A DNA stretch of 64,000 bases from Candidatus Hydrogenedentota bacterium (GTDB taxonomy: Bacteria > UBA8481 > J006): assembly GCA_003697085.1 (NCBI GenBank), contig RFFU01000040.1, positions 3,133 to 67,132 on the forward strand, in the 5' to 3' direction. Both the position numbers and the translations under genes were made by a program. How positions within the stretch are numbered: position 1 is the first letter of the stretch; each line of letters starts with the position of its first letter. Under the pieces are notes generated by a model. It made no database searches. It saw only the letters and a program-made list of their open reading frames with translations, and had not been told where the DNA came from. Shown here one piece after another: positions 29,614-39,595 of this stretch.

Positions 29614-31542
29614 ATGAAACGATCAATGAGGCGCATTATCTTTGCGTTAGTGGTGTTGGGAGGGGGGATATTCGGTTCGGTCCTTTCGACGAAAGCGGTG
29701 GTCCTGTCGAACAACGATCTGGCGGGGAACTGGAATCTGGCGGCCGGATACGCAACCGGCGTCGCATCGGGAACAATCACATTCCAGAACGGCGCGCCGT
29801 TCGGGCGCCGGAGCGCCGGGGTGGACACGGTTGTTTTCGACGACGGGCAGACGGATGTCAGCGGAGCGGGAGCATTGATCAGCCTGAACGAGGTGGCGGA
29901 ATCCTACGTCGTCTTTTCCGATGGAACCTTCATGGCGGATACGACGGAAGCGGGTCTGGCGGGTAAATTGGTGGACACCTCGCCGCAGGACCGCGTGGTC
30001 GGAGCGATAGCGGACACGGGAGCGAACGGTATCTTTTTCGCCTTGCGTCTCTTGGCGAACGGAACCGACGATCTCTACGTCGGTATCGCTCGGAATTCTC
30101 TCGATTCGAGCCAAATTGCGAAGAAGGGGGATACCTTCATCGGGGCGGCCTTGTTCAACGCGCCCGGGTACCCCGGCGGTCCCGACGTGGCCGTCTTCGC
30201 CCTGGGGCGAAACGACACCTTCTTCACCGTTTCGACGATGAACCTCGGGGCGACGACTCCGGACAGCAAGATCGGGGGGACGGCGGACACCAGCGGCATC
30301 GGAGGGATGTTTGTATTCCGTCCGGATTCGGCGTTGACGGAGTGGGCCGCGGGAGACCTCTCGAATTTTGACGACACGTCCGCGGAGTATCGCGTCATCG
30401 TTTCGGCGGATACGAGTCTCGGGGTGATCGTGAGGGATACGACGCCGTTGGCTCAGCGGGAGCAATTGATCGCCTTCATGGTGGACCCGGAGCCGGCGTT
30501 GGATACGGCGCTTCTTTTCGGTCCGTGGCAGGCGGGGGCGGCGATCGCTGAGACGGGAGCGCTTAACGCGACGATGGGATTTTTCGAGTTTCGAGGTGAC
30601 GGCACGGGCAGTTTCAACAACGGCGAACCGCCTCCGGGAATGTTCATCGACACCGACGTACGTTATCTCGTCAAGGAAGACGATCTCGGAGGTATTCTTT
30701 CGGCTCCGCAAAAGTATTACGAGGTTACCTTTCGTCCAGGACCGGAGCCGCCCGTAACCGCGCGTTTTTATCTTGCACGCGGGGCCCGGTTCGCCATTGC
30801 GTTCGGTGATACGAATGCGGACGAGTTCATCGCGGTCGCGGCCCGCCGTCTCAATGCGGTGAACAATCATTTCTCCTTCGGCGCGCCCGATACACCGATT
30901 CAAGAACAGGGGTTGGCGGTCGGAATGGTCGTGGAAACGGGTGCAACCGAGGCTCCGCCAACCTTCTCGATGTCCCAACTCGATTCGAGCAACGTCTTGA
31001 TACAGAATTTCGAGGCGTTACGGGACACGGATGTCAGGAATGCGGGAGTCGAAACGATCGCCGTGGCCGTCTCGATAGTTCCGGACACCACGATTCTCGA
31101 TCCGGATTCCGTCATCATAACGCTGGATCTACGGGGGTCCTCGGCCGACACAGGCAACGGAACCTTTCTTGTTCCTCTCGTCTTCAACGACTCGACGGGA
31201 CTTTGGGAGCGGGTTCCGGAATCGTTGATCGTGAGTCGGGAGAACGGAATCGTCACCTATCACGCCCCTCACTTCTCCGTGCAAGGAGGAGGAAACGGTT
31301 CTTCCTCTTCCTCGACCACCGTGGCGAAGAGTGACAATGTCTGTTTGATCGCGGCGTCCCCCGTTCTGACAAGGGTTCTTCCTGTGATGCTTCTGCGTTT
31401 CGCAAGAGACGGTGTTCTCGATTCGATGGCCGGTCGGAGTTTGGTGACGTTCTACTACGGTAAGTTCGTCGCGGGAGGCCTGTTTCTGTTCTTTGGAGTC
31501 TTCCTGGCGATGGCGGCTCGCCGGAGGCGCAAGGAGGGATAG
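29614..31542 (+). CDS. Secreted/surface protein with CFI-box-CTERM-like sorting domain
   Basis: Signal peptide; Ser/Gly linker, then VCLIAA...LLRFARDGVL...GRSLVTFYY, a TM helix and a basic tail. Confidence 0.8.
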   Translation: MKRSMRRIIFALVVLGGGIFGSVLSTKAVVLSNNDLAGNWNLAAGYATGVASGTITFQNGAPFGRRSAGVDTVVFDDGQTDVSGAGALISLNEVAESYVVFSDGTFMADTTEAGLAGKLVDTSPQDRVVGAIADTGANGIFFALRLLANGTDDLYVGIARNSLDSSQIAKKGDTFIGAALFNAPGYPGGPDVAVFALGRNDTFFTVSTMNLGATTPDSKIGGTADTSGIGGMFVFRPDSALTEWAAGDLSNFDDTSAEYRVIVSADTSLGVIVRDTTPLAQREQLIAFMVDPEPALDTALLFGPWQAGAAIAETGALNATMGFFEFRGDGTGSFNNGEPPPGMFIDTDVRYLVKEDDLGGILSAPQKYYEVTFRPGPEPPVTARFYLARGARFAIAFGDTNADEFIAVAARRLNAVNNHFSFGAPDTPIQEQGLAVGMVVETGATEAPPTFSMSQLDSSNVLIQNFEALRDTDVRNAGVETIAVAVSIVPDTTILDPDSVIITLDLRGSSADTGNGTFLVPLVFNDSTGLWERVPESLIVSRENGIVTYHAPHFSVQGGGNGSSSSSTTVAKSDNVCLIAASPVLTRVLPVMLLRFARDGVLDSMAGRSLVTFYYGKFVAGGLFLFFGVFLAMAARRRRKEG

Positions 31543-31562
31543 AAACCATCAGAAACGAGAGC

Positions 31563-31601
31563 GGCGGAACACATCGAGAGTGTTCCGCCACTTTTCTTTT
31601 T
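31563..31601 (+). terminator. Intrinsic terminator
   Basis: GGCGGAACAC-ATCGAGA-GTGTTCCGCC perfect 10-bp stem followed by ACTTTTCTTTTT. Confidence 0.75.
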
Positions 31602-31726
31602 CCTCCTCTTCCTTCTCACCCCCGTGGTTCAACCTGTTCGTCTGGCAGGCGTGCATGAGATATCGTTAGCCTTCCGCAGGACCTTTAGGGCCTGCGTTAT
31701 CGGAATCGGCATTCCTGAAATTCGAT

Positions 31727-31792
31727 TGAACCGGTTTAGATTCTCGAAATCCGCGAAATGGTGTTGACACGGCCTCCTCTTCGGGGAATGAT
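31727..31792 (+). promoter_or_regulatory. Putative promoter and LacI-type operator of the alpha-glucan operon
   Basis: Near-palindrome TGAACCGGTTTA (31727-31738); TTGACA(31764)-17-AATGAT. Confidence 0.4.
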
Positions 31793-31894
31793 TCCTCGGT
31801 CTCCAGTAACGAGGTACTTGCCTTCGGCGGCGAAGAGAGAGAAGATCGAGGGCGTGCCGAGGACGAAACCAAGCGGAGAGGGCCTTTAAGAGTT

Positions 31895-32953
31895 ATGTCG
31901 ACGCGTCAAACCCACAGGGAAGTCGTGCCGTTCCTGCTTCCCTTCACCGTGATCTTTGTCATTTTCCTCTTCTTTCCCGCCCTCTACTCCATCTACCTCT
32001 CTTTCCGAAAGGCGTCGCTCTATTCGGACCTGACGAACATCTTCACAACGATGAAATATGTGGGGTTTCAGAACTACATCGATCTCCTTCACGACCGCGA
32101 TTTCCTCTGGTCGCTCGTAATGACCACGTATTACGGAATTCTGGTTGTTCCGCCGGGCATCTTCGTCTCATTGGTTCTGGCGGCGTTGCTTTCGAATCGA
32201 CTTCCGGGGCACAAGATCTTCCGGAGCGCCTTTTTTCTCCCAAACGTTCTCGACCTTTTCGTGGTTTCCATCGTCTGGACGGCGATCTACGCCCCGAAGT
32301 TAGGGGTTCTTGACCAACTCTTTCACGCCTTGAAACTTCCCGTACTTTTCAAACACGGGATTCTCGCCGATCCCGTCTGGGCTTTGCCGGGGATTGCTCT
32401 GATGGTGATCCTGAAAGATTCCGGTTTCGGCATGATCCTTTATCTTGCGGCGATCCAGAATATTCCGCGGGACGTTTACGAAGCCGCGGACATCGACGGA
32501 GCGACGGCGTGGCAGAAGTTCACGAAGATCACCTTTCCGCTTGTCAAGCCCGTCACGCTTCTGCTCATCGTCACAGGAATTCTGCGAAGTCTGATGGCGT
32601 TTCCCGAGATCTACGCGCTGACGCAAGGCAGGCCCTTTCAGGAGATACCGAACTGGGTGCCGTATTTCGCCGGGGCGACGTTGGGAATGACGAAGATCGC
32701 GGGGTACTATCTCTTTGAAAAGTTTTATCTTTCTTATCAATACGGCTACGCGGCGGCGATGTCGGTCATTCTCCTCTTCATCTCCTTGCCGCTCTCCTTC
32801 CTTTCCTTCTTTGCCTTGCGGACGGAGGGGCCGTCGGTGGGAGAGATGTGGAGGAAGTGGCGGCGGAGCCGACGCGGAATCTCGATGGGAAATGCCGAGG
32901 GGGAAAGTACATCTCCTTTTGGGGAAGGCCTGAAACCGGGAGAGGTCGGATGA
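31895..32953 (+). CDS. Carbohydrate ABC transporter permease (MalF-like)
   Basis: EAADIDGATAWQKFTKITFPLVKP EAA loop; multiple TMs. Confidence 0.93.
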   Translation: MSTRQTHREVVPFLLPFTVIFVIFLFFPALYSIYLSFRKASLYSDLTNIFTTMKYVGFQNYIDLLHDRDFLWSLVMTTYYGILVVPPGIFVSLVLAALLSNRLPGHKIFRSAFFLPNVLDLFVVSIVWTAIYAPKLGVLDQLFHALKLPVLFKHGILADPVWALPGIALMVILKDSGFGMILYLAAIQNIPRDVYEAADIDGATAWQKFTKITFPLVKPVTLLLIVTGILRSLMAFPEIYALTQGRPFQEIPNWVPYFAGATLGMTKIAGYYLFEKFYLSYQYGYAAAMSVILLFISLPLSFLSFFALRTEGPSVGEMWRKWRRSRRGISMGNAEGESTSPFGEGLKPGEVG

Positions 32954-34077
32954 TGTCGGGCTATCGATTTCTTCGTATGATCCGCGGGTCGCTATTGGCG
33001 GCGATACTTCTCGTGGCAGCCGTCTTCGTCCTCTTTCCCTTTTTCTGGATGCTTTCGACGTCGCTGAAGACCGAAGGAAGGGGAATGAAATTCGAGTTTC
33101 TTCCACGGCGTGTCGCGGAGGTCGGCCCGGTTGAAATTGATACGGCGGGGGTTCGTGTCGGAGAGATTCAGTTCGATCGAACGACGGTGGATGAAACCGG
33201 GGTTCATCCGGCACTGAGGAGCGCGGGGGCGGACGAAGTAATATTCGTCGCCGAGGAAGCGAAGGGGAAGCGGGTATCAGGAAGATTGTTTCCAAAAGAC
33301 ACGGAAGTCTGGGCGGCGAGGGAGGCGCTGCCAGCGGGGAATTGGAAGATCACATATACGGTGAAGCGCGGATGGAAGGCCGCCTTTTTCAATCTCTACA
33401 CCTTCAACAATTACAGGCGCCTTATCAGAAATAAATCTTTTCCTTTCAAGACGTATCTTTTCAACTCCTTTCTCGTTTCCGTTTCCGCCGCGATCCTAAC
33501 TGTCATCCTCTGCGCGTTGGCCGCTTACGTTTTCGCGAAGAAGGAGTTTCCGGGGAAGACGGTTCTCTTCTGGTCTTTCATGGCGGCGATGATGATTCCG
33601 GGAATGATGTATATGGTACCGCAATTCGCCATTGTAACTCAGTTCGGATGGATCAACACGCTGCAAGGCCTGGTTGTTCCGCACCTGGCCAATGTCTTCG
33701 GGCTCTTTCTTCTGAAGCAATTCATGGAGGCGATCCCCGACTCGCTGCTCGAGGCGGCTGAGATGGACGGTGCGACGGAGACGACGAAATTTCTCAAGAT
33801 CATCACGCCGCTTTCGATGCCTTCTCTGGCGATCCTTTTTCTTCTGACCTTCATCACGCAGTGGAACAATTTCTTTTGGCAGCTGATCGTGAACACTCCT
33901 GATTCGCCTTATATCACGCTTCCTTACGGAATCGCCCTCTTCAGGGGCCAGTACGAGACGAAGTACGAACTGATGATGGCGGCTTCTTCCTTCTCGATCG
34001 TTCCGATCGTGATCCTGTTTCTCTTCACACAGCGGTATCTGATCGAGGGGCTGACCGCGGGAGGTGTTAAGGAATGA
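32950..34077 (+). CDS. Carbohydrate ABC transporter permease (MalG-like) with ~110-aa extracytoplasmic insertion
   Basis: PFFWMLSTSLK, EAAEMDGA, QRYLIEGLTAGGVKE; ATGA overlap with the previous gene. Confidence 0.93.
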   Translation: MMSGYRFLRMIRGSLLAAILLVAAVFVLFPFFWMLSTSLKTEGRGMKFEFLPRRVAEVGPVEIDTAGVRVGEIQFDRTTVDETGVHPALRSAGADEVIFVAEEAKGKRVSGRLFPKDTEVWAAREALPAGNWKITYTVKRGWKAAFFNLYTFNNYRRLIRNKSFPFKTYLFNSFLVSVSAAILTVILCALAAYVFAKKEFPGKTVLFWSFMAAMMIPGMMYMVPQFAIVTQFGWINTLQGLVVPHLANVFGLFLLKQFMEAIPDSLLEAAEMDGATETTKFLKIITPLSMPSLAILFLLTFITQWNNFFWQLIVNTPDSPYITLPYGIALFRGQYETKYELMMAASSFSIVPIVILFLFTQRYLIEGLTAGGVKE

Positions 34078-35489
34078 TTAGAGGAACGAATAGAACTCCG
34101 GGGATCGCACGGAAGGGAGGAGCCTGTCTGCTTGGGATTCTTTTCCTTTTCTCGGTTGGTTGCGGCGGCGGCCGGATCGCTCAAGAGAAAGGAACGATCA
34201 CACTCTGGGAGACCTACAACAACGAGGAACACGATGTTTTTATGGAGATCGTGAAGTCATTCGAGGAATGGTACGCGAAGGAGCGCGGAGAAGAGGTTCA
34301 TGTGCGCGTCAAACGGATCCCCTTTGACCAGCACATTCAAAAGATCAAATTCTCCGCCATTACGCGAACGGCTCCGGACATCGTGCGTGTCGATGCGGGA
34401 GAACTGATCGATCTCGTTTACGGCCAGATCGTTTATGACTTGAAGGAGATCGATCCGAAGATCGAGGAATATCTTTCGACGTTTATGCCGGTGGCGCGGG
34501 AATCGGTTCGGATTCCCTTACGCCATCCGGACGGAAAGGTTCGAACGGGCGTCTATGGGATCCCGGATCAATTGACCGGGGTTGCGATTTACTACAATCG
34601 AACGATGTTCAAGGAAGCGGGGATTCCGTTTCCGCCGCGGACCTTACGGGAGTTGCGGGACGCGGATCCGCCATGGGATTTCAAGCGGTTCCGGGAGGTC
34701 GCGAAGGCCCTGACGAAGCCCGAGCGGAACCAGTACGGCGTGGCGCTCAATTCCTCGCTGTGGTTCAGTCTGCCCTTTTTCAACGCCTTCGGAGCGGATT
34801 TCATCAAGATCGATCCGGACGGCAAGTTCCGCTGCGTTCTCGATTCGGACTCGGGAATAAATGCTCTCACGGCGCTCGCTTCGCTCTACTGGGATGGTTC
34901 CGAGCCGGGGGCGTGGTTGGCCGGGGCCATCAACCCCGATCGCGGTTTCATCAACAACAAGTACGCGATGATCGTTTCCGGTCCGTGGAACCTCAAGACC
35001 TTTCGCAAATCGGGAGTCGATTTCGGCGTGACGTTCATTCCGGAGGGGCCGAATCGTCGGGAGATTCCCGTGCCCGGAGGGGGAACGATCCGCGTGGGAA
35101 CCTCGACCAATGTCGGCGGCACGGACATGGCGATTCTGAAGACGACGCGCCAGCCCCGATTGTGTTATGAATTCCTGAAGTACCTCACGAGGCCGGAAGT
35201 GCACGCAAAGTGGTGCAATGCCCTAGGGCAGATTCCCGTCCAGACCTTGGCTGAACCGTTGGTGGATTTTTCCGGGAACCCGGACCTGAAGGTTTTCGTG
35301 GAGCAGATGCGGACGGCGGTCCCGCGCCCGAAGATACCGCGGTACGGGGTATTGGAGGTTTCGATCATGGTGCCGCAGATCGAGCGGGCGTTCCGCGCGA
35401 GGAATCGCGCCGGTGTTCGTCTCGCTTTGGGGAAAGCGGTCGAGGAGATCGACCGGCGGATTCTCCGGGACGTTAATGTACCGCGATGA
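34074..35489 (+). CDS. Sugar ABC transporter substrate-binding lipoprotein
   Basis: Lipobox FSVGC; APDI, YYNRTMFKEAGI and AMIVSGPW motifs of family 1 SBPs. Confidence 0.9.
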   Translation: MIRGTNRTPGIARKGGACLLGILFLFSVGCGGGRIAQEKGTITLWETYNNEEHDVFMEIVKSFEEWYAKERGEEVHVRVKRIPFDQHIQKIKFSAITRTAPDIVRVDAGELIDLVYGQIVYDLKEIDPKIEEYLSTFMPVARESVRIPLRHPDGKVRTGVYGIPDQLTGVAIYYNRTMFKEAGIPFPPRTLRELRDADPPWDFKRFREVAKALTKPERNQYGVALNSSLWFSLPFFNAFGADFIKIDPDGKFRCVLDSDSGINALTALASLYWDGSEPGAWLAGAINPDRGFINNKYAMIVSGPWNLKTFRKSGVDFGVTFIPEGPNRREIPVPGGGTIRVGTSTNVGGTDMAILKTTRQPRLCYEFLKYLTRPEVHAKWCNALGQIPVQTLAEPLVDFSGNPDLKVFVEQMRTAVPRPKIPRYGVLEVSIMVPQIERAFRARNRAGVRLALGKAVEEIDRRILRDVNVPR

Positions 35490-37239
35490 GCGGTCGGCTG
35501 GGAAGGAAGACCGGCTTCCGTGCCGACGGCGGCGTGCCGGACTGGCTCCCGGGAGCGGGCGTCTCCCGCGAAATCTGATTCCGTTTCTTTTCGTGATGCT
35601 TTTCCTGTTGGAACCGTTCGCTTTTGCGGGAGCGGTTCGAGCCGGCTCGATTCGATTGGAAGGGAACGTGGACCTTTCAGCGGAGATACGGCGGGACGCC
35701 GACCGCGAGTTGGACGACCGCCAGATCGGATTCGAGCGGCCGTTTTACGACAACCGCAAACGCCCTGCGTACAATCTGGAGTTCTTCGATCCACGGGTCG
35801 AGATCCGCGCGTACGCGACGCCGGCGGCGCCGGTTGAGATCTTCGCGAAATTTTTCAATTCCAATGATCTTTTTCTCGGCGAGGCACACACGCGTCTGAG
35901 GTACACCAAAGGGCGCGACAAGAAGGAGCGGGGGATCGAGTCGTATTTTTTCTACCGGCAAGGGCGACTGAACCTGGGCGATCCCGTCGTGACGATTGCC
36001 TTCGACCAGTTCGGAAACGGTATTGCGACGGCGTGGTGGTTGGGGCAGGGGGATTTCGCTCCCAAGAAGGGGCGTTGGTCCGGCGAATTGAATCTCCAGA
36101 ACAACACGGGCGAATTGAATTCCTTCGGAGAGGACAACGAATTCATCACCGCGAAACTCCGGCATGACTACGAGGTGAACGAGGATTGGAATCTGGCCGG
36201 CGAACTGCTGTACGCCAGAAAGAACTTCACGGACAGGAATGTGGAGCGGCAGTTCAACGAGGTGTACGGTTCGGCCTTCACCGTTTCGTGGAAGAATACG
36301 AACCTGGCGCTTCAATACAATTTCTCGCAGGCGCAGGAGCTGGGATTTTCGGCTCCGGACAACGGTGTTTTCGGAATCGATCTCAGAAATCTGATCCTGC
36401 TGGATCGGAAGAAGACGGGCCGTTGGGGGCTGAACGCGACCTATGTCGATTTCGGCCGAAACTACCGGAACTTCATCGGACGAAACGCAAGCACCATCTC
36501 CTACGCGCATCGGATCGCCAACGGAGTGGAATCGACGGCGGGGGATGTCAATGATCACGAGTTCTTCGGGGAACTCTACTGGGACGTACCGAAATACGAT
36601 ATCAATCTGACTTTGAGGCAGACGGACCGATACGGAAGGGAGACGGGACGTCGGCTGGAGCGGCAGCAGGAAGTGGATTTGAATCTGAAACTGGTGAGAC
36701 ACTTTTCGCTTCGTTCGCTCTATGTAAGGAGACTCTTCGGGCTCGAGGAGATATTGGAGGATCTCGATGCGAACCGAATCATCCGAACGCGAAGTATGCG
36801 GAGTGACGATTATTATTTGGCTCTGACGATGGTTCGAAAATGGGGACAGGTGAAACTTGACTACCGTCGCGTGCGGCATCGCGCCCGCGTGCGAACCCAT
36901 TACGTCGGCGCCGAGGCCACCTACAAGGCGAACAAGAAGCTGACCTTTCTGGCCCGCGGCGCCATGGCCTTCGTGAGATTGCCGCAAACGACGTGGGCCA
37001 TCACCACCACCCCGTATGACTTCGGAACGCAGAGGCGGATTAGTTTCGTGGAGCCGTTTTCCCGTCGGAAGACGCTCTTCGCGCAGATCCAATACCGCCC
37101 AAACGACAATTCGCAGATCTTCCTCGAATACGGCAACGGTTTTCATCTCGACAACGACCTTTCGTTGGACGGGGATTTTCAGATTCCCGACCGGCATACG
37201 GATCATCGAATTTTTATGAAGGCGGAGATGTGGTTCTGA
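35476..37239 (+). CDS. Putative outer-membrane beta-barrel protein
   Basis: Signal peptide ending FAFA; alternating amphipathic aromatic-rich strands; C-terminal KAEMWF beta-signal. Confidence 0.7.
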   Translation: MYRDERSAGKEDRLPCRRRRAGLAPGSGRLPRNLIPFLFVMLFLLEPFAFAGAVRAGSIRLEGNVDLSAEIRRDADRELDDRQIGFERPFYDNRKRPAYNLEFFDPRVEIRAYATPAAPVEIFAKFFNSNDLFLGEAHTRLRYTKGRDKKERGIESYFFYRQGRLNLGDPVVTIAFDQFGNGIATAWWLGQGDFAPKKGRWSGELNLQNNTGELNSFGEDNEFITAKLRHDYEVNEDWNLAGELLYARKNFTDRNVERQFNEVYGSAFTVSWKNTNLALQYNFSQAQELGFSAPDNGVFGIDLRNLILLDRKKTGRWGLNATYVDFGRNYRNFIGRNASTISYAHRIANGVESTAGDVNDHEFFGELYWDVPKYDINLTLRQTDRYGRETGRRLERQQEVDLNLKLVRHFSLRSLYVRRLFGLEEILEDLDANRIIRTRSMRSDDYYLALTMVRKWGQVKLDYRRVRHRARVRTHYVGAEATYKANKKLTFLARGAMAFVRLPQTTWAITTTPYDFGTQRRISFVEPFSRRKTLFAQIQYRPNDNSQIFLEYGNGFHLDNDLSLDGDFQIPDRHTDHRIFMKAEMWF

Positions 37240-37276
37240 TGGAAGAAAAGACGCGGGAAGGAAGAGGAAGAGGGTT

Positions 37277-39484
37277 ATGAGACGCGGCGAGGAATCTCGA
37301 GAGAAACCGGCCGGGAGGGAGAGACGGCGGCCGGGGCGGAATGTGATTCAAAGCCTCGGCGTCTTTCTCCTTCTTTCGGGCGTTCTGCTTCTGATCGGTT
37401 CGGGGAGGGTGCGAAGCGAGGAGGAAAAGAGCGAACGTGTATTGCCGCCGGCGATGGCGATGCCTTACGGAAAAATCCGCTTTCTCTGGGACGACGAGTT
37501 CGCGAAGAAGGTGGAGATCGGCGCGGATTTCAACAACTGGAATCCCTCGGCAACGCCGTTGCACCAAGGGCCCTACAACATCTGGATGACGGAGGTGGAC
37601 CTCAAGCCGGGGAAGTATTCCTACAAGTTCGTGATCGACGGGCAGTGGGAGTCGGGGGACAATCGGACCTTGATCGTGGTGAGGAAGAAGGACGGGACGA
37701 TCGGGATCAAGGAGACGCGTCCCGCCTCGAACACGCCCTACAATTCGCGGATCTGGTTTGAGGGGAGAGCCTGGGCGCAGGCGGTTCTGCGGAGGGTTCC
37801 GGACGGCGAGCAGGTCGATACGGGGCGCTGGCGGTTCGCTCCGTTCGAGTACAACCTTCTTCCCCGGATGTATTTCACGGCGGGGGACAACTTTACGGGA
37901 ATGGTGGAGATGAATATGAATCAGAGGCGGGATCGGTTCACGACCTTCTTCAACCAGGGCGAGGTGGCGTTGGAGGAGGATTTCGGACGGTTCTTTCTCT
38001 TTCGCCGGCGGCGGGCTTTCACATTCGACAATCCGATGCGCACCTTGGATCGGTTCCGTGACACGTTGGACGACGAGGTTTATTTCACGACGGAGCAGCG
38101 GCCGAAATGGCACAACTTCGGCCGCCGGTTCGATTTCATCACGCGGAATCAATCGGACAGCGATTTCACCTTTACCGCGGACGGCTGGCAGGGGTTCGTG
38201 TCGGACGTGCATCCGGGAAAATGGAGTCTGTTGGCGTTCGGAGCCGACCAGATGCGCAAGAACGAGGATCTTTGGGGAAGCCGAGTGAAGTGGGAGGGGA
38301 AGTACTTCACGGTGGGTGGGCATTATCTGATGAACAACCATCAGCGGGGTTTGATTGCGGCGCCGGCCGGAGGGAATTCCGTGCGGCAGAATGCGGCTTT
38401 CACGGATACCGACGGCGGCGTCTTCTTCTATCCCTACATCAATTCGGCGACGGATGACGGCCGTAATTATCTCAACTACGATGCCCTTGTCCTCTTCGAT
38501 CCGAATGCTCCGAACCGGGATCAATGGATGGGATTGGACTTCAAACTCGGCACGGAGAAGCATCATTTGTTCGGCGAGTGGGAATTTTATCGGAAGGACT
38601 GGTCGTACGTGGCGTTCGAGAACGGGGACGGGATGCTTCCGAACGGAGCGGGATTCTTCAACACGAGTGTCCACAATATCGGCGAGTTTCTCTTTGGAGG
38701 CCAGGAGAGAAAACACACGATTCTTTTCGGCGGTGTCTGGAAGCCGTGGGAGGCGTTGGGATTGGAGTTGGCGCTGAAGGCGGACGACGCCTCGGCGCTG
38801 ACGCTCGATCAGAACCGCAATCTCGTTCGCACGGATCCCAGTGGAGTGGAGTTCGCGTTTCGGGGAAAGTACCAGGCCGAGAAGTTCCGCTATGGGGCGG
38901 AATTCATCAGGCGAACGGTGCGCGATTTTCCGAACAACACCTTTCAGGCCAACTTCGACAACTTCGATTTCGTGGGCGTGGATGTGCTGGGCGCAAACGA
39001 TCTCTTCCAGTTCAAACAGTTGCTTGTGGCAACTCCGGGACGGTTCACGATCCACCTCGGGCATCGGTTCCGCAGTTACGATCTCACCGCCGCCACGCTC
39101 CAGACGAACGAACTCAAGCTCCGACTGGGCTATCAATTCACGAAACGGCTGGGGCTCGAGGCGGCGGGGCGGTACAAAAGTTACGATCTTCCCAACGATC
39201 CCTCCCTGACTGTTCAACCCGGTGTCCGTGAAAACTTTTTTGCCGGCGGGCTCCGCCTGATCTACCGCGTCTCGAAATATGTTACTCTGAATGCGGGGTA
39301 CGGGGTGAATTTCGAGAATGACGAGGATGTGGAATGGGGACAACTCTTCTTTATGCGCGAGGCCCTGGCGCGAGCGCAACGGCCGCAGTCGCCGACGACC
39401 CACGCATTGGATCAGGTGTTGGAGGCGGAGCGGGCCTTGCAGCGCGAACGGCGTTTCGAGTTCAACATCGATGCGCGGTTTTGA
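37277..39484 (+). CDS. CBM48 (AMPK-like glycogen-binding) domain fused to a putative outer-membrane beta-barrel
   Basis: VEIGADFNNWN...W..EVDLKPGKYSYKFVIDGQW, then amphipathic strands; C-terminal NIDARF. Confidence 0.8.
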   Translation: MRRGEESREKPAGRERRRPGRNVIQSLGVFLLLSGVLLLIGSGRVRSEEEKSERVLPPAMAMPYGKIRFLWDDEFAKKVEIGADFNNWNPSATPLHQGPYNIWMTEVDLKPGKYSYKFVIDGQWESGDNRTLIVVRKKDGTIGIKETRPASNTPYNSRIWFEGRAWAQAVLRRVPDGEQVDTGRWRFAPFEYNLLPRMYFTAGDNFTGMVEMNMNQRRDRFTTFFNQGEVALEEDFGRFFLFRRRRAFTFDNPMRTLDRFRDTLDDEVYFTTEQRPKWHNFGRRFDFITRNQSDSDFTFTADGWQGFVSDVHPGKWSLLAFGADQMRKNEDLWGSRVKWEGKYFTVGGHYLMNNHQRGLIAAPAGGNSVRQNAAFTDTDGGVFFYPYINSATDDGRNYLNYDALVLFDPNAPNRDQWMGLDFKLGTEKHHLFGEWEFYRKDWSYVAFENGDGMLPNGAGFFNTSVHNIGEFLFGGQERKHTILFGGVWKPWEALGLELALKADDASALTLDQNRNLVRTDPSGVEFAFRGKYQAEKFRYGAEFIRRTVRDFPNNTFQANFDNFDFVGVDVLGANDLFQFKQLLVATPGRFTIHLGHRFRSYDLTAATLQTNELKLRLGYQFTKRLGLEAAGRYKSYDLPNDPSLTVQPGVRENFFAGGLRLIYRVSKYVTLNAGYGVNFENDEDVEWGQLFFMREALARAQRPQSPTTHALDQVLEAERALQRERRFEFNIDARF

Positions 39485-39595
39485 GGCGGACGGGTGTCCC
39501 GCTTTGTTTTCCTTCCCGTTTTCTTTTCTTTCTCCGCGTGCGCTGACATTTTCAGGGAGGCGACGAGAAAATTTGAAGTTGGGAGGTTGGAGCGG

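Noticed and set aside
35476..39484. SusC/SusD or TonB-dependent receptor call
   Set aside because: No plug-domain or TonB-box motifs recognised, and no SusD-like lipoprotein
39485..39535. Intrinsic terminator after the CBM48-barrel gene
   Set aside because: The stem is short and bulged (GCGGAC/GTCCCGC); a partial attenuator is possible but not well supported
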